In this document: one piece after another, positions 1 through 8,862 of the stretch
Layout: every line of letters starts with the position of its first letter
Numbering within the stretch: the stretch's first letter is position 1
Source: Candidatus Brocadiia bacterium
GTDB lineage: Bacteria > Planctomycetota > PUPC01 > DSUN01
Length of the DNA: 37,016 nt
NCBI GenBank assembly: GCA_016782825.1
Contig: JADHXT010000002.1
Location: 1 to 37,016 of the forward strand
Direction: 5' to 3'
Made by a program: the position numbers and the translations under genes
Notes under the pieces: generated by a model
Told to the model about the DNA's origin: nothing
Seen by the model: only the letters and a program-made list of their open reading frames with translations
Database searches by the model: none

Positions 1-1
1 C

Positions 2-577
2 ACGTCCAACCCCAACTACAAGCCCGGAGCGAAGAAGCCCCGCCCCGCGCCGCGCGCCTCGCTCAAGAAGGGCGCGAAGGACGGCGAGTTCCAGGTCCTC
101 CGCGGCGCGGCCGTGGACGCCGCCGTCCTCGGCTACGCCGTGCGCAGCAGCAATCCCAGCGCGGAGGGCCTCGCGCTTAAGAAGCTCGCCAGGCCCGTGA
201 AGGGCAAGGCCACCCTCAAGCTCTCCCTGCAATCGCTCCAGCCCGGCACGGCGCGCACCATCCACAAGAACGGCTTCGTGGTGTTCGGCGACGACGCCGA
301 CCGCCTGGTCCACTGCGGCTGCTACCTGGGCGGCCGCCGCTACTTCTCCGTGTCCGACGGCGCCAACCGTACGGAGGTGCCCCTGCCCGGCGACCCCACG
401 CGCCGCTTCGACCTCACCGTGACCGTCGACCCCGCGGCCCGCACGGTGACGATGGCCGTCGAAGGCCAGACGGTGATCCTCTGCCTCGGCCGCGCCCTCG
501 GGGCCATCACCCACGTGGGCTACGCCAACACCAACACGGTCACCGCCTTCGGCCCGGTGGCCGTCGCCCAGCAGTAG
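2..577 (+). CDS. C-terminal part of a protein of unknown function (5' end outside the window)
   Basis: This frame is open from base 2 to TAG 575-577 with GC-rich third positions. The track start at 113 is only the first GTG. I recognise no motif. Confidence 0.5.
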   Translation, partial: TSNPNYKPGAKKPRPAPRASLKKGAKDGEFQVLRGAAVDAAVLGYAVRSSNPSAEGLALKKLARPVKGKATLKLSLQSLQPGTARTIHKNGFVVFGDDADRLVHCGCYLGGRRYFSVSDGANRTEVPLPGDPTRRFDLTVTVDPAARTVTMAVEGQTVILCLGRALGAITHVGYANTNTVTAFGPVAVAQQ

Positions 578-588
578 CCGCCGCGCTG

Positions 589-616
589 TTGCAAAGTGCG
601 GCGATGCGGGTATACT
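589..616 (+). promoter_or_regulatory. sigma70-like promoter for the MNT/HEPN pair
   Basis: TTGCAA (589-594), 16-nt spacer, TATACT (611-616). It lies about 35 nt upstream of ATG 650. Confidence 0.4.
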
Positions 617-649
617 TACGGCAGACCCGTACCCCTGCGAGGGCAAGCC

Positions 650-997
650 ATGTCCGGCCCCGCCACGTCACTTCAGGCGCCTGAGGTCACTCCCGAGCTG
701 CTCGCCGAGGTCACTCGCCGGATTGTGACGTGCTTTGGCCCGGAGAAGGTGGTTCTCTTCGGCTCACACGCGTGGGGCACGCCGCAGCCGGATAGCGACG
801 TTGACCTCCTGGTAGTGATGGAGAGCGACGCCCGGCCGGCCCATCGCAGCGCCGCCGTGGACCGCGCGTGCCGGCCTCGCTTCCTCCCCCTGGACGTTCT
901 GGTGAAGACGCCAACCGAGCTGCAGGAGCGGCTGCGGCTCCAGGACCCGTTCATCCGCCGCATCGTGGAGCAGGGCAGGGTGCTCTATGAGCGATGA
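650..997 (+). CDS. minimal nucleotidyltransferase (MNT, Pol-beta superfamily), antitoxin-like partner of the HEPN protein
   Basis: Motif VVLFGSHAWGTPQPDSDVDLLVV (GS...D.D signature). ATG 650 is preceded by GAGGG. The -10 element lies inside the longer track ORF (596), so 650 is preferred. Confidence 0.8.
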   Translation: MSGPATSLQAPEVTPELLAEVTRRIVTCFGPEKVVLFGSHAWGTPQPDSDVDLLVVMESDARPAHRSAAVDRACRPRFLPLDVLVKTPTELQERLRLQDPFIRRIVEQGRVLYER

Positions 998-1376
998 ACT
1001 CGTTCGGGAATGGGTACAGAAGGCGGAGGAGGACTGGACCGCTCTGGAGCGCCTGCAGGCTGGGGGCCTGCACGACGTCCCGGGCGTTATCGCATTCCAT
1101 GCGCAGCAATGCGTCGAGAAGTACCTCAAGGCCCTCCTCCAACGCCAAGGGATCGAGCCGCCGCGGACACACCATCTACCCGCCTTGCTGGATGAGCTCT
1201 CGGCCGCCGGGCACGACGTGGACCTCCTGCGGGGCGCGTGCGAGATTCTCTCGCCGTACGCCGTGTACTCCCGCTATCCCGGCCTGGGAACGACCGCCGA
1301 GGACGCGGCCGAGGCCCTCCAGGATGCCGCTCTGTCTCGCCGCGCGCTGCGCAGGATGCTTGATCTTCCCGGATAG
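987..1376 (+). CDS. HEPN domain protein
   Basis: Overlaps the MNT gene by 11 nt, the classic MNT-HEPN arrangement. The sequence AFHAQQCVEKYLKALLQRQGIEPPRTHHLPALLDEL...YSRYP resembles the HEPN family that pairs with small nucleotidyltransferases. Confidence 0.75.
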   Translation: MSDELVREWVQKAEEDWTALERLQAGGLHDVPGVIAFHAQQCVEKYLKALLQRQGIEPPRTHHLPALLDELSAAGHDVDLLRGACEILSPYAVYSRYPGLGTTAEDAAEALQDAALSRRALRRMLDLPG

Positions 1377-1426
1377 CGCGGTGCCATGTCGCGCATGATT
1401 CACCCTACGCGTTCAGGAGAGTTCTC

Positions 1427-4156
1427 GTGACGACGCGTCACCTCGCATGTCCGCTTGGGATCGCATTCCTCGTCTTTGGATGTGTCGGGGGACGGGTGGC
1501 GTCTGCTGCGGACAAGCCTTCGAGCATTGTGCTCTACGTGGCGCCCACGGGCGACGACGGGGCCGGCGGCACGCGCGCCGCGCCCTTCGGCACCCTCGCG
1601 CGCGCGGTGGCCGCCGTCAGGCAGCGCAGGGCCGCGGCGGCACAGCCCGCCCGCATCGTGCTGCGAGCGGGGCGCTACTTCGTCGCGGGTACGCTTGTCC
1701 TCGGGCGCCAGGACTCCGCCCTCACCGTCACGGCGGAGGCCGGCGAGAAGGTGACGCTCTCGGGCGGGCGGCGGATCACCGCGTGGAAGCCCTACCGGGG
1801 CAAGATCGTGCAGGCCAGCCTGGCCGCCGCGGGCGTGGCCGACTGCGCCTTCGGCGACCTGTACCACAACGGCCAGCGCCAGCCCCAGGCCCGCGTGCCG
1901 AACTTCGATCCCGTCCACCCCCGCACGGGCGGCTTCGCCTACAACGCCGGCGTCGTCGAGAAGGGCAGCCTCACGAAGTTCCGCTACGACCCGGCCGTCA
2001 TCGACCCCGCCCGCTGGAAGCACCCCCGCCGCGCCATCGTGGACTTCTTTCCGTGGCACAACTACGGCAACACCATCTCGACCGTGAAGCACATCGACAC
2101 GACGGCCCGCGTGCTCGAGGTGCACCGCGGCCGCTACGCCCTCCAGCCCGACGACCGCTTCACCGTGCGAAACGTGTTCGAGGAACTCGACGCGCCTGGC
2201 GAATGGTATGCCGACCCCGACACGAAGACGCTGTACTACTGGCCACCGGCCGGCGACCTGGCGCAGGCCGAGGTGGTGGTGCCCGCTCTCGCGTCGATCT
2301 TCGACATCCGAGGCGATGCCAAGGCAGGCGCCTTCGCCGAGAACATCACCCTCACGCGCTTGGCGCTGCGCGACTGCCGCGGCCCGGCCGTGCGCCTCGC
2401 CGCCGCCCGGCGCTGCGCCGTGACGGCGTGCGACGTGCGCAACGTGATGACCGCCGTGGCGCTGGGCGACCAGTCGCACCACTGCCGCGTGGTGGGCTGC
2501 GACATCACGCAGACCGGCAGCAGCGGCGTGACCATCACCGGCACCCCCGAGCAGCACGCCCGCGTGAGCCACCACGTGGTGGACAACTGCACCATCTACG
2601 ACTTCGGCTGGCGGCTCAAGGAGGTGGCCGGCATCTACCTGAGCTGCGCCTCCCACTGCACCGTGAGCCACAACCACATCCACGACGGCCCCCGATGGGG
2701 CATCATGCAAAACGCGGGCAACAACAACACCTTTGCCTACAACCACCTGCACCACCTGAACTTCGAGACGTGCGACACCGGCGCCTTCTACACCGTCACC
2801 TGTGCCGGCGGCTGGGACCGCTGGATGGTGGTCGCGACCAACAAGCTCTCCCGCGGCCACGAGGTGCACCACAACCTCATCCACGACACCGGCGGCTACG
2901 GCAAGGTGCGGCCCGGCCACTGGCAGTCGCCCCACTACTGCTGGGGCATCTACCTCGACCTCGCCTCCAGCGGCTACCACGTGCACCACAACGTGGTCTA
3001 CAACACCTACCTCGGCGGCTTCATGATCGGCGGCGGGCAGGACAACGTGTGCGACAACAACGTGTTCGTGAACGGCCGCACCACGCAGATCTACTTCTGC
3101 CCCTGGATCCGCATGCGCCACCATTTCCCCATGGCCGGCAACCGCGTGGAGCGCAACGTCATCGCCTACGCCGCCGACGGCGCGCGGCTCTACAACCTCA
3201 GCGGCCGCTTCCGCGACCCCTTCGCCGCCTTCCGCCGCAACCTGGTGTTCGCCCACGGCAAGCCGCTGCACCTCGTGGCCGAGAAGGCCAGGACGTGGGA
3301 GGCGTGGCGGCAGCGCGGCCAGGACGAGGGCTCCCGGGTGGCCGACCCCCGGTTCGTCGACGCGGCGAAGCACGACTACCGCCTGCGGCCCGACTCGCCC
3401 GCGCTCAAGCTCGGCATCGAGTCCGTCGACCTCAGCACCGTGGGCAACTACCCGAGCCCCGACCGCTGCACCTGGCCCCCGCCCCAGCCGAAGCTCCGCC
3501 GCGAGGAGCCCGTCACGCGGTCGTCGTACCGCGCGCCGGTGGTCGCCGCCCGGCCGCGGCCCACGGTGGTCGCGGCGCGCCTCCGCACCGCGCCGGTCAT
3601 CGATGGCCAGCTCGGCGAGTGGCCCTTCGGCGAGGCATCGCGCGTCGCGGTGCTCCGCGAATCGTACGACGGCACGCCCACCACGGCTCCGCACAGCTTC
3701 GCCTGCGTGGGCTACGACGATGCGGCGCTCTATATCGCGATCAAGAACCTCGTGACGAACCCCGGCAAGCTGGTGAGCGAGGCCACGTGGGGCGCCAACG
3801 ATGGCGTGGAGGTGGCCGTGCAGGATGCCTTTGCCCGGCCGCCCGGCCCGGTGCTGAACCTCTACGGCTACCCGAAGGGCCGCTTCGAGAGCATCACCAC
3901 CGCCGGCGCCACCGCGGCCCAGGCCGCGAAGCTCGGCAAGGCCGTGGCCTACGCCGCCACCGTCGGCGCCGGCCACTGGAGCTGCGAGTGGCGCATCCCC
4001 TTTGCCGCCTGCGGCTTCACGCCCAAGTCGGCACCGAAGCTGCTGTTCAACCTCGGCGCGCGCAAGACCGCGCAGAGCGCCTGGGTGATTCTCAAGGGCA
4101 CCGGCGCCCAGACCTATGTCGTGAGCAACGCCGCGGAGCTGGTCCTCAAGCCGTGA
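1427..4156 (+). CDS. secreted right-handed parallel beta-helix repeat protein with C-terminal CBM9/DOMON-like carbohydrate-binding domain
   Basis: GTG 1427 follows AGGAG (1415-1419). It has an N-terminal signal sequence (FLVFGCVGG...SAADKPS) and the block VLYVAPTGDDGAGGTRAAPFGTLARAV typical of beta-helix proteins. Repeated NHIHD / YNHLHH / HHNLIHD / HHNVVYN turns are present. The tail reads IDGQLGEWP...YDDAALYIA...WGANDGVEV...WSCEWRIPF. Confidence 0.75.
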   Translation: MTTRHLACPLGIAFLVFGCVGGRVASAADKPSSIVLYVAPTGDDGAGGTRAAPFGTLARAVAAVRQRRAAAAQPARIVLRAGRYFVAGTLVLGRQDSALTVTAEAGEKVTLSGGRRITAWKPYRGKIVQASLAAAGVADCAFGDLYHNGQRQPQARVPNFDPVHPRTGGFAYNAGVVEKGSLTKFRYDPAVIDPARWKHPRRAIVDFFPWHNYGNTISTVKHIDTTARVLEVHRGRYALQPDDRFTVRNVFEELDAPGEWYADPDTKTLYYWPPAGDLAQAEVVVPALASIFDIRGDAKAGAFAENITLTRLALRDCRGPAVRLAAARRCAVTACDVRNVMTAVALGDQSHHCRVVGCDITQTGSSGVTITGTPEQHARVSHHVVDNCTIYDFGWRLKEVAGIYLSCASHCTVSHNHIHDGPRWGIMQNAGNNNTFAYNHLHHLNFETCDTGAFYTVTCAGGWDRWMVVATNKLSRGHEVHHNLIHDTGGYGKVRPGHWQSPHYCWGIYLDLASSGYHVHHNVVYNTYLGGFMIGGGQDNVCDNNVFVNGRTTQIYFCPWIRMRHHFPMAGNRVERNVIAYAADGARLYNLSGRFRDPFAAFRRNLVFAHGKPLHLVAEKARTWEAWRQRGQDEGSRVADPRFVDAAKHDYRLRPDSPALKLGIESVDLSTVGNYPSPDRCTWPPPQPKLRREEPVTRSSYRAPVVAARPRPTVVAARLRTAPVIDGQLGEWPFGEASRVAVLRESYDGTPTTAPHSFACVGYDDAALYIAIKNLVTNPGKLVSEATWGANDGVEVAVQDAFARPPGPVLNLYGYPKGRFESITTAGATAAQAAKLGKAVAYAATVGAGHWSCEWRIPFAACGFTPKSAPKLLFNLGARKTAQSAWVILKGTGAQTYVVSNAAELVLKP

Positions 4157-4188
4157 CCGCCGCCGTGGCTCAACGCGAAGGAGAGACG

Positions 4189-6912
4189 ATGCCGCGAACT
4201 GCCGCCGTGTGTGTGGCGATGGCCATTCTGCTGCTGGTCGGTTGTGTGGGAGGGCTGAGCGTGTCCGCTGCCGAGAAGCCGTCGGGAACCGTGCTCTACG
4301 TGGCGACGGACGGCAACGACGCGTGGAGCGGCAAGCTGCCCGCGCCGAACGCCGACAAGACCGACGGCCCCCTGGCCACCCTGGCCCGCGCCCGCGACGC
4401 CATCCGGGTGCTCAAGAAGGCCGGCCCCCTGCCCGGCGGGGGCGTCACGGTGCTCGTCCGCGCGGGTACCTACGAGCTGGCCGCCGCCTTCGAGCTCACG
4501 AAGGCCGACTCCGGTGAGGGAGCCGAGCGGCCCATCGTCTACCGCGCGGAGAAGGGGGCCGAGGTGCGGCTCTGCGGCGGCAAGGTGGTGGCCGACTGGC
4601 AGCCCGTGGCCGACAAGGCCGTGCTCGACCGCCTCGACCCCGCGGCCCGCGGCACGGTGGTGCAGGCCGACCTCAAGGCCCTCGGCATCACCGACTACGG
4701 CTCGCCCAAGGGCGGCGGCCTCGAGCTGTTTCTCAACGACCAGCCCATGCAGATCGCCCGCTGGCCCAACGACGGCTTCATCAAGATCACCGGCCTCGTC
4801 GAGCCGAACACGGTGAACGTGCGCGGCACCAAGGGATCGAAGGCCGGCAAGTTCCTGTACGCCGGCGACCGCCCGAAGCGATGGGCCGCCGAGAAAGACG
4901 CCTGGGTGCACGGCTACTGGTTCTGGGACTGGAGCGACCAGCGGCATCCGGTGGAGTCCATCGACACGGCGAAGCACATCATCGCCGTCAAGCCGCCCTA
5001 CCACGGCTACGGCTACCGCGTGGGACAGTGGTTCTACGGCCTCAACCTGCTGAGCGAGATCGACCAGCCCGGCGAGTGGTATCTGGACCGCCAGGCCGGC
5101 CTCCTCTACTTCTGGCCGCCGGCGTCCGTGAAGACGGGCCGCGCCGTCGTGTCCGTCATCCCCACGCTGGTGACGATGAAGGACGCCTCGCACGTCTCCC
5201 TCGGCGGCATGGTGCTGGAGAACTGCCGCGGCACGGCGGTCAGCGCCAGCGGCGGCACCCACGTGGCCATCCAGGCCTGCACGATGCGCAACCTGGGCGG
5301 CTACGCCGTGCGGATCTCCGGCGCCACCGACAGCGGCGTGTTCGGCTGCGACATCTATGGCACCGGCGAGGGCGGCATCGCGCTGAGCGGCGGCGACCGC
5401 AAGACCCTCACCCCCGCCCGCCTCGTGGCCGACAACAATCACATCCATCACTACGGCCGCTGGAACCGCATGTACAAGGCTGGCATCCATCTCGGCGGCG
5501 TGGGCAACCGCGCCAGCCACAACCTCATCCACAACGCCCCCCACATGGCCATCAACTTCGGCGGCAACGAACACGTCATCGAGTTCAACGAAATCCACAG
5601 CGTCTGCCACGAATCCAACGACGCCGGCGCCATGTACGCCGGCCGCAACTGGACCATGCGCGGCACCGTCGTGCGCCACAACTACCTGCACCACATCAAC
5701 GGCTTCGAGGGCCGCGGGTGCGTGGGCGTGTATCTCGACGACATGTTCTGCGGCACCACCATCACCGGCAACGTGTTCTACAAGGTCACCCGCGCCGCCT
5801 TCATCGGCGGCGGCCGCGACTGCACCGTGACCAACAATATCTTCGTGGACTGCCCGCGGGCGCTCCACATCGACGGCCGCGCCCTCGGCTGGGCCAAAGG
5901 CCACAGCGAAGGCTGGGTGAAGGAGGGACGCGAGAAGAGGACCCACCTCGGCATCAAGTTCCTCGAGCCGCCCTACAGCACGCGCTATCCCCCGCTCAAG
6001 ACCGTGCTCGACGACGAACCCTTCGCGCCCAAGGGCAACGTGGTGGCCCGCAACATCTTCGTCGGCCAACAGTGGAACGACATCAACCACCAGGCCAAGA
6101 AGTACGTGACGCTCAAGGACAACCTGATCGACGAAGACCCCCACTTCGTGGCGCCGCCGCCGAGGAGCTTCGTGCTCAAGGACGACTCGCCGGCCTACAA
6201 GCTCGGCTTCCAGCGCATCCCCGTCGAGAAGATCGGCCTCGTGAACGACGGCCGCCGCGCCTCCTGGCCCGTGACGCACGCCGTGCGGCCCATGGTCGAG
6301 CCGAAGATCAAGCCGCGCGTGCCCAAGGGCAAGGCCCCCGTCTTCCGCGTGCCGCGCACGAAAGGCGCGCTCCACGCCGACGGCGCCGACCCGAAGAAGG
6401 CCATGCTCCTTCAGCAGGGCGTGCAGGGCCAGAAGACCAAGCCCACCAGCCGCGCCTGGCTCGGCCACGACGGCACCACGCTCTTCGTCGCCATCGACAA
6501 CGCCGTGGCCGCCAAGCCGGCACTCAAACGCGACAGCGTGTGGGGACAGAACGATGCCGTGGAACTCGCCTTCCAGAATCCCGCGCTCGGCAAGGCCGCG
6601 CCCATCCTCATCCTGCGCGGCTATCCCAACGGCAAGTGGCAGAGCAGCGACGAGGCCGACGCGCCCGCCGCCGCCGTGAAGAAGGCGACCGAGGGCGTGC
6701 AGTTCGCCGCCAAGGTGGCCAGCCCCACGCGGTGGACCGCCGAGTGGGCCATCCCCTTGGCCTCGTTGGGCATCGACCCCGCGAAGCGCCCGAAGATCCG
6801 CTTCAACCTCTCCGTCCGCAAGACGGCGCAGGGCCTCTGGCTCATGTGGGAAGGCACCCGCGGCTACTCGTGGCGGGTGGATCAGGCGGGCATTCTGGAG
6901 TGGGGGAAGTGA
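4189..6912 (+). CDS. paralogous secreted/lipoprotein parallel beta-helix repeat protein with CBM9-like C-terminal domain
   Basis: ATG 4189 follows GAAGGAGAG. The signal sequence has a lipobox-like LLVGC. The architecture matches 1427-4156 (VLYVATDGNDAWSG, NNHIHHYG, SHNLIHN, FNEIHS, RHNYLHHI; tail GHDGTTLFVAIDN...WGQNDAVELAF...WTAEWAIPL). The track ORF 1447-6912 is real only from 4189. Confidence 0.8.
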   Translation: MPRTAAVCVAMAILLLVGCVGGLSVSAAEKPSGTVLYVATDGNDAWSGKLPAPNADKTDGPLATLARARDAIRVLKKAGPLPGGGVTVLVRAGTYELAAAFELTKADSGEGAERPIVYRAEKGAEVRLCGGKVVADWQPVADKAVLDRLDPAARGTVVQADLKALGITDYGSPKGGGLELFLNDQPMQIARWPNDGFIKITGLVEPNTVNVRGTKGSKAGKFLYAGDRPKRWAAEKDAWVHGYWFWDWSDQRHPVESIDTAKHIIAVKPPYHGYGYRVGQWFYGLNLLSEIDQPGEWYLDRQAGLLYFWPPASVKTGRAVVSVIPTLVTMKDASHVSLGGMVLENCRGTAVSASGGTHVAIQACTMRNLGGYAVRISGATDSGVFGCDIYGTGEGGIALSGGDRKTLTPARLVADNNHIHHYGRWNRMYKAGIHLGGVGNRASHNLIHNAPHMAINFGGNEHVIEFNEIHSVCHESNDAGAMYAGRNWTMRGTVVRHNYLHHINGFEGRGCVGVYLDDMFCGTTITGNVFYKVTRAAFIGGGRDCTVTNNIFVDCPRALHIDGRALGWAKGHSEGWVKEGREKRTHLGIKFLEPPYSTRYPPLKTVLDDEPFAPKGNVVARNIFVGQQWNDINHQAKKYVTLKDNLIDEDPHFVAPPPRSFVLKDDSPAYKLGFQRIPVEKIGLVNDGRRASWPVTHAVRPMVEPKIKPRVPKGKAPVFRVPRTKGALHADGADPKKAMLLQQGVQGQKTKPTSRAWLGHDGTTLFVAIDNAVAAKPALKRDSVWGQNDAVELAFQNPALGKAAPILILRGYPNGKWQSSDEADAPAAAVKKATEGVQFAAKVASPTRWTAEWAIPLASLGIDPAKRPKIRFNLSVRKTAQGLWLMWEGTRGYSWRVDQAGILEWGK

Positions 6913-6947
6913 GAGTGAAAGTGAAGGTGAAAGTGGAAAGGGAACAA

Positions 6948-6973
6948 CGAAGAAGAGGCCTCTGAGTTCTTCG
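6948..6973. terminator. hairpin between convergent genes (possible bidirectional terminator)
   Basis: CGAAGAA (6948-6954) pairs with TTCTTCG (6967-6973) around a 12-nt loop containing the palindrome GAGGCCTC. It is flanked by longer imperfect inverted arms. No U-run follows. Confidence 0.4.
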
Positions 6974-6990
6974 CTCCTTCTCCGCCCCTT

Positions 6991-8862
6991 TCACTTCTCC
7001 GCTTCACTTACCCCTCCTCCATGCAAGTGCTCGTGGATCGCGCGCGCCTGTTTGGCGGCGATGCCGTCCACCTGCTGTAGCTCTTCCACGCTGGCCTTGC
7101 GGATGGCGCGCACGCTGCCGAAATGGGCCACGAGCGCCTTCTTGCGGGTGGGGCCGATGCCGGGGATGCTGTCCAGCACGGCGTGCTTGTAGGGCTGGCG
7201 GCGGAGCTTGCGGTGGTAGGCCACGGCGAAGCGGTGGGCCTCGTCGCGCACGCGCTGGAGGAGATACAGCTCCGACGAGTCGTGCGGCAGCACCACGGGC
7301 GCCGCCCGGCCGGGCACGAACACCCGCTCGTCGGTCTGCTTGCGGGGCGCGCCGGGGCCGGGCCGCCGCGGCTCGTCGCGGCCCTTGGCCAGCGCCACGA
7401 GGTCCACGTCCACCACGTCGAGCTGCCGAAACACCTTCCGCACGGCGCCGAGCTGGCCCTTGCCGCCGTCGAGGACAATGAGGTCGGGCAGGTCGCCCTC
7501 CTTGAGGCCCCGCTGGAGCCGGCGGGCGAGCACCTCGCTCATCATGGCAAAGTCGTCGCTGCCTTCCACGGTCTTGATCTTGTAGCGGCGGTAGCGGGCC
7601 TTGTTGGGCGCGCCGTCGTCGAAGGTCACCTGCGAGCCGACGGCCTGGGCGCCGCCGATGTTCGAGATGTCATAGCACTCGATGCGGCTGGGCACGCGGG
7701 AGAGGCCGAGGGCGGCCTGGAGTCCCTCGAGGGTGCGGGAGCGGTCGCGCTCGGTGGCGTGTGCGGCGCGGAAGGCGCTTTCGGCATTCTCCATGGCCAT
7801 CTGGAGCAGGCGGGCCTTGTCGCCGCGCTGGGGGCGCAGCAGTTCCACCTTGCCGCCGCGGCGCTCGCGGAGCCATTCGGTGAGCGGCGCCGGGTCGGGC
7901 GGCAGCACGGGCACGAGCACTTCGGGCGGGATGAAGCGGGTGCGGCTGTAGAACTGCTCGAGGAACGACGCGAAGGCGGCCTCGGCGGACAGGCCGCGGG
8001 TGTCGAAGCCCCACTGGGGCACGTCCTCCAGCCGGCCGCGGCGGACGAGGAGGGCCTGGACGCGCATGGCGTCGCCCTGCTTGTAGTAGCCGAACACGTC
8101 GCGGTCGGCCTGGCGGGGCGAGGTGATGGTCTGCTTCTCGAGGGTGCGCTCGACGGCGCGCACTTGGTCGCGGCAGCGTGCGGCGAGCTCGTATTCGCGG
8201 CGTTCGCTGGCGGCGAGCATCTTGGCGCGGAGGCGTTCGGCCAGCTCCTGGTTGCGGCCGCGGAGAAACAGCTCCACCTCGTCGAGCAACTCGCCGTAGG
8301 CCGCGTCGTCGGCGAGGCCGCAGCAGGGGCCGAGGCACCGGCCGATCTGGTAGTAGAGGCACGGGCGGGTGCGGCCCCGGAACACCGTGTCGGCGCACTT
8401 GCGGAGCGGGAAGACGGCGTTGACGAGGCGGAGCGTCTCGCGGGCCGAGCCGGCGGAGGAGTAGGGGCCGAAGTAGAGCGCGCCGTCCTCGGTGTAGCGG
8501 CGGACGAGTTCCAGGCGGGGGAAGGGTTTCCTCCTGTCGAGGCGGATGGAGAGAAAGGTCTTGTCGTCCTTGAGGTTGATGTTGAATCGCGGCTTGAACT
8601 GCTTGATCAGGTTGTTTTCGAGGATGAGTGCTTCCTTCTCGCTCGCCACGAGCACCCAATCGATGTCGGCCACCTTGGGCATCATGTGCTCGACGAACAC
8701 CCGCTCGTCGCTCGAACCCGGCTGGAAGTAGGAGCGCACGCGGGAGCGGAGGTTCACCGCCTTGCCCACGTAGACCACCTTGTGGCGCTTGTCCTTGAAG
8801 AGGTACACGCCACAGGCGGCGGGCAAGGCATCGAGCTTCTGTTGCACCTGCTTGGCGGGCAT
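6991..8862 (-). CDS. uvrC: excinuclease ABC subunit C
   Basis: The N-terminus MPAKQVQQKLDALPAACGVYLFKDKRHKVVYVGKAVNLRSRVRSYF is a GIY-YIG domain. A UVR-type helix region, an endonuclease domain and a C-terminal HhH region (IPGIGPTRKKALVAHFGS) follow. ATG 8862-8860 gives 623 aa. The longer track ORF is upstream read-through. Confidence 0.9.
   Translation of the reverse strand: MPAKQVQQKLDALPAACGVYLFKDKRHKVVYVGKAVNLRSRVRSYFQPGSSDERVFVEHMMPKVADIDWVLVASEKEALILENNLIKQFKPRFNINLKDDKTFLSIRLDRRKPFPRLELVRRYTEDGALYFGPYSSAGSARETLRLVNAVFPLRKCADTVFRGRTRPCLYYQIGRCLGPCCGLADDAAYGELLDEVELFLRGRNQELAERLRAKMLAASERREYELAARCRDQVRAVERTLEKQTITSPRQADRDVFGYYKQGDAMRVQALLVRRGRLEDVPQWGFDTRGLSAEAAFASFLEQFYSRTRFIPPEVLVPVLPPDPAPLTEWLRERRGGKVELLRPQRGDKARLLQMAMENAESAFRAAHATERDRSRTLEGLQAALGLSRVPSRIECYDISNIGGAQAVGSQVTFDDGAPNKARYRRYKIKTVEGSDDFAMMSEVLARRLQRGLKEGDLPDLIVLDGGKGQLGAVRKVFRQLDVVDVDLVALAKGRDEPRRPGPGAPRKQTDERVFVPGRAAPVVLPHDSSELYLLQRVRDEAHRFAVAYHRKLRRQPYKHAVLDSIPGIGPTRKKALVAHFGSVRAIRKASVEELQQVDGIAAKQARAIHEHLHGGGVSEAEK

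Noticed and set aside
596-649. Upstream extension of the MNT ORF to GTG 596
   Set aside because: The predicted -10 box (611-616) lies inside this extension, and ATG 650 has a GAGGG ribosome-binding site.
1447-4188. First 914 codons of the 1821-aa track ORF 1447-6912, which would make one giant protein
   Set aside because: This stretch overlaps the motif-supported gene 1427-4156 in another frame and translates to Arg/Pro/Gly-rich low-complexity sequence. The real gene begins at ATG 4189, with an SD and a signal peptide. The open frame is a consequence of rare stop codons in GC-rich DNA.
1400-6468. Long minus-strand ORFs 1400-3976 (858 aa) and 4114-6468 (784 aa)
   Set aside because: They lie antisense to the two beta-helix genes and have Gly/Ala/Val/His/Arg-rich low-complexity translations, with no SD or promoter context. 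They are typical GC-rich shadow frames.
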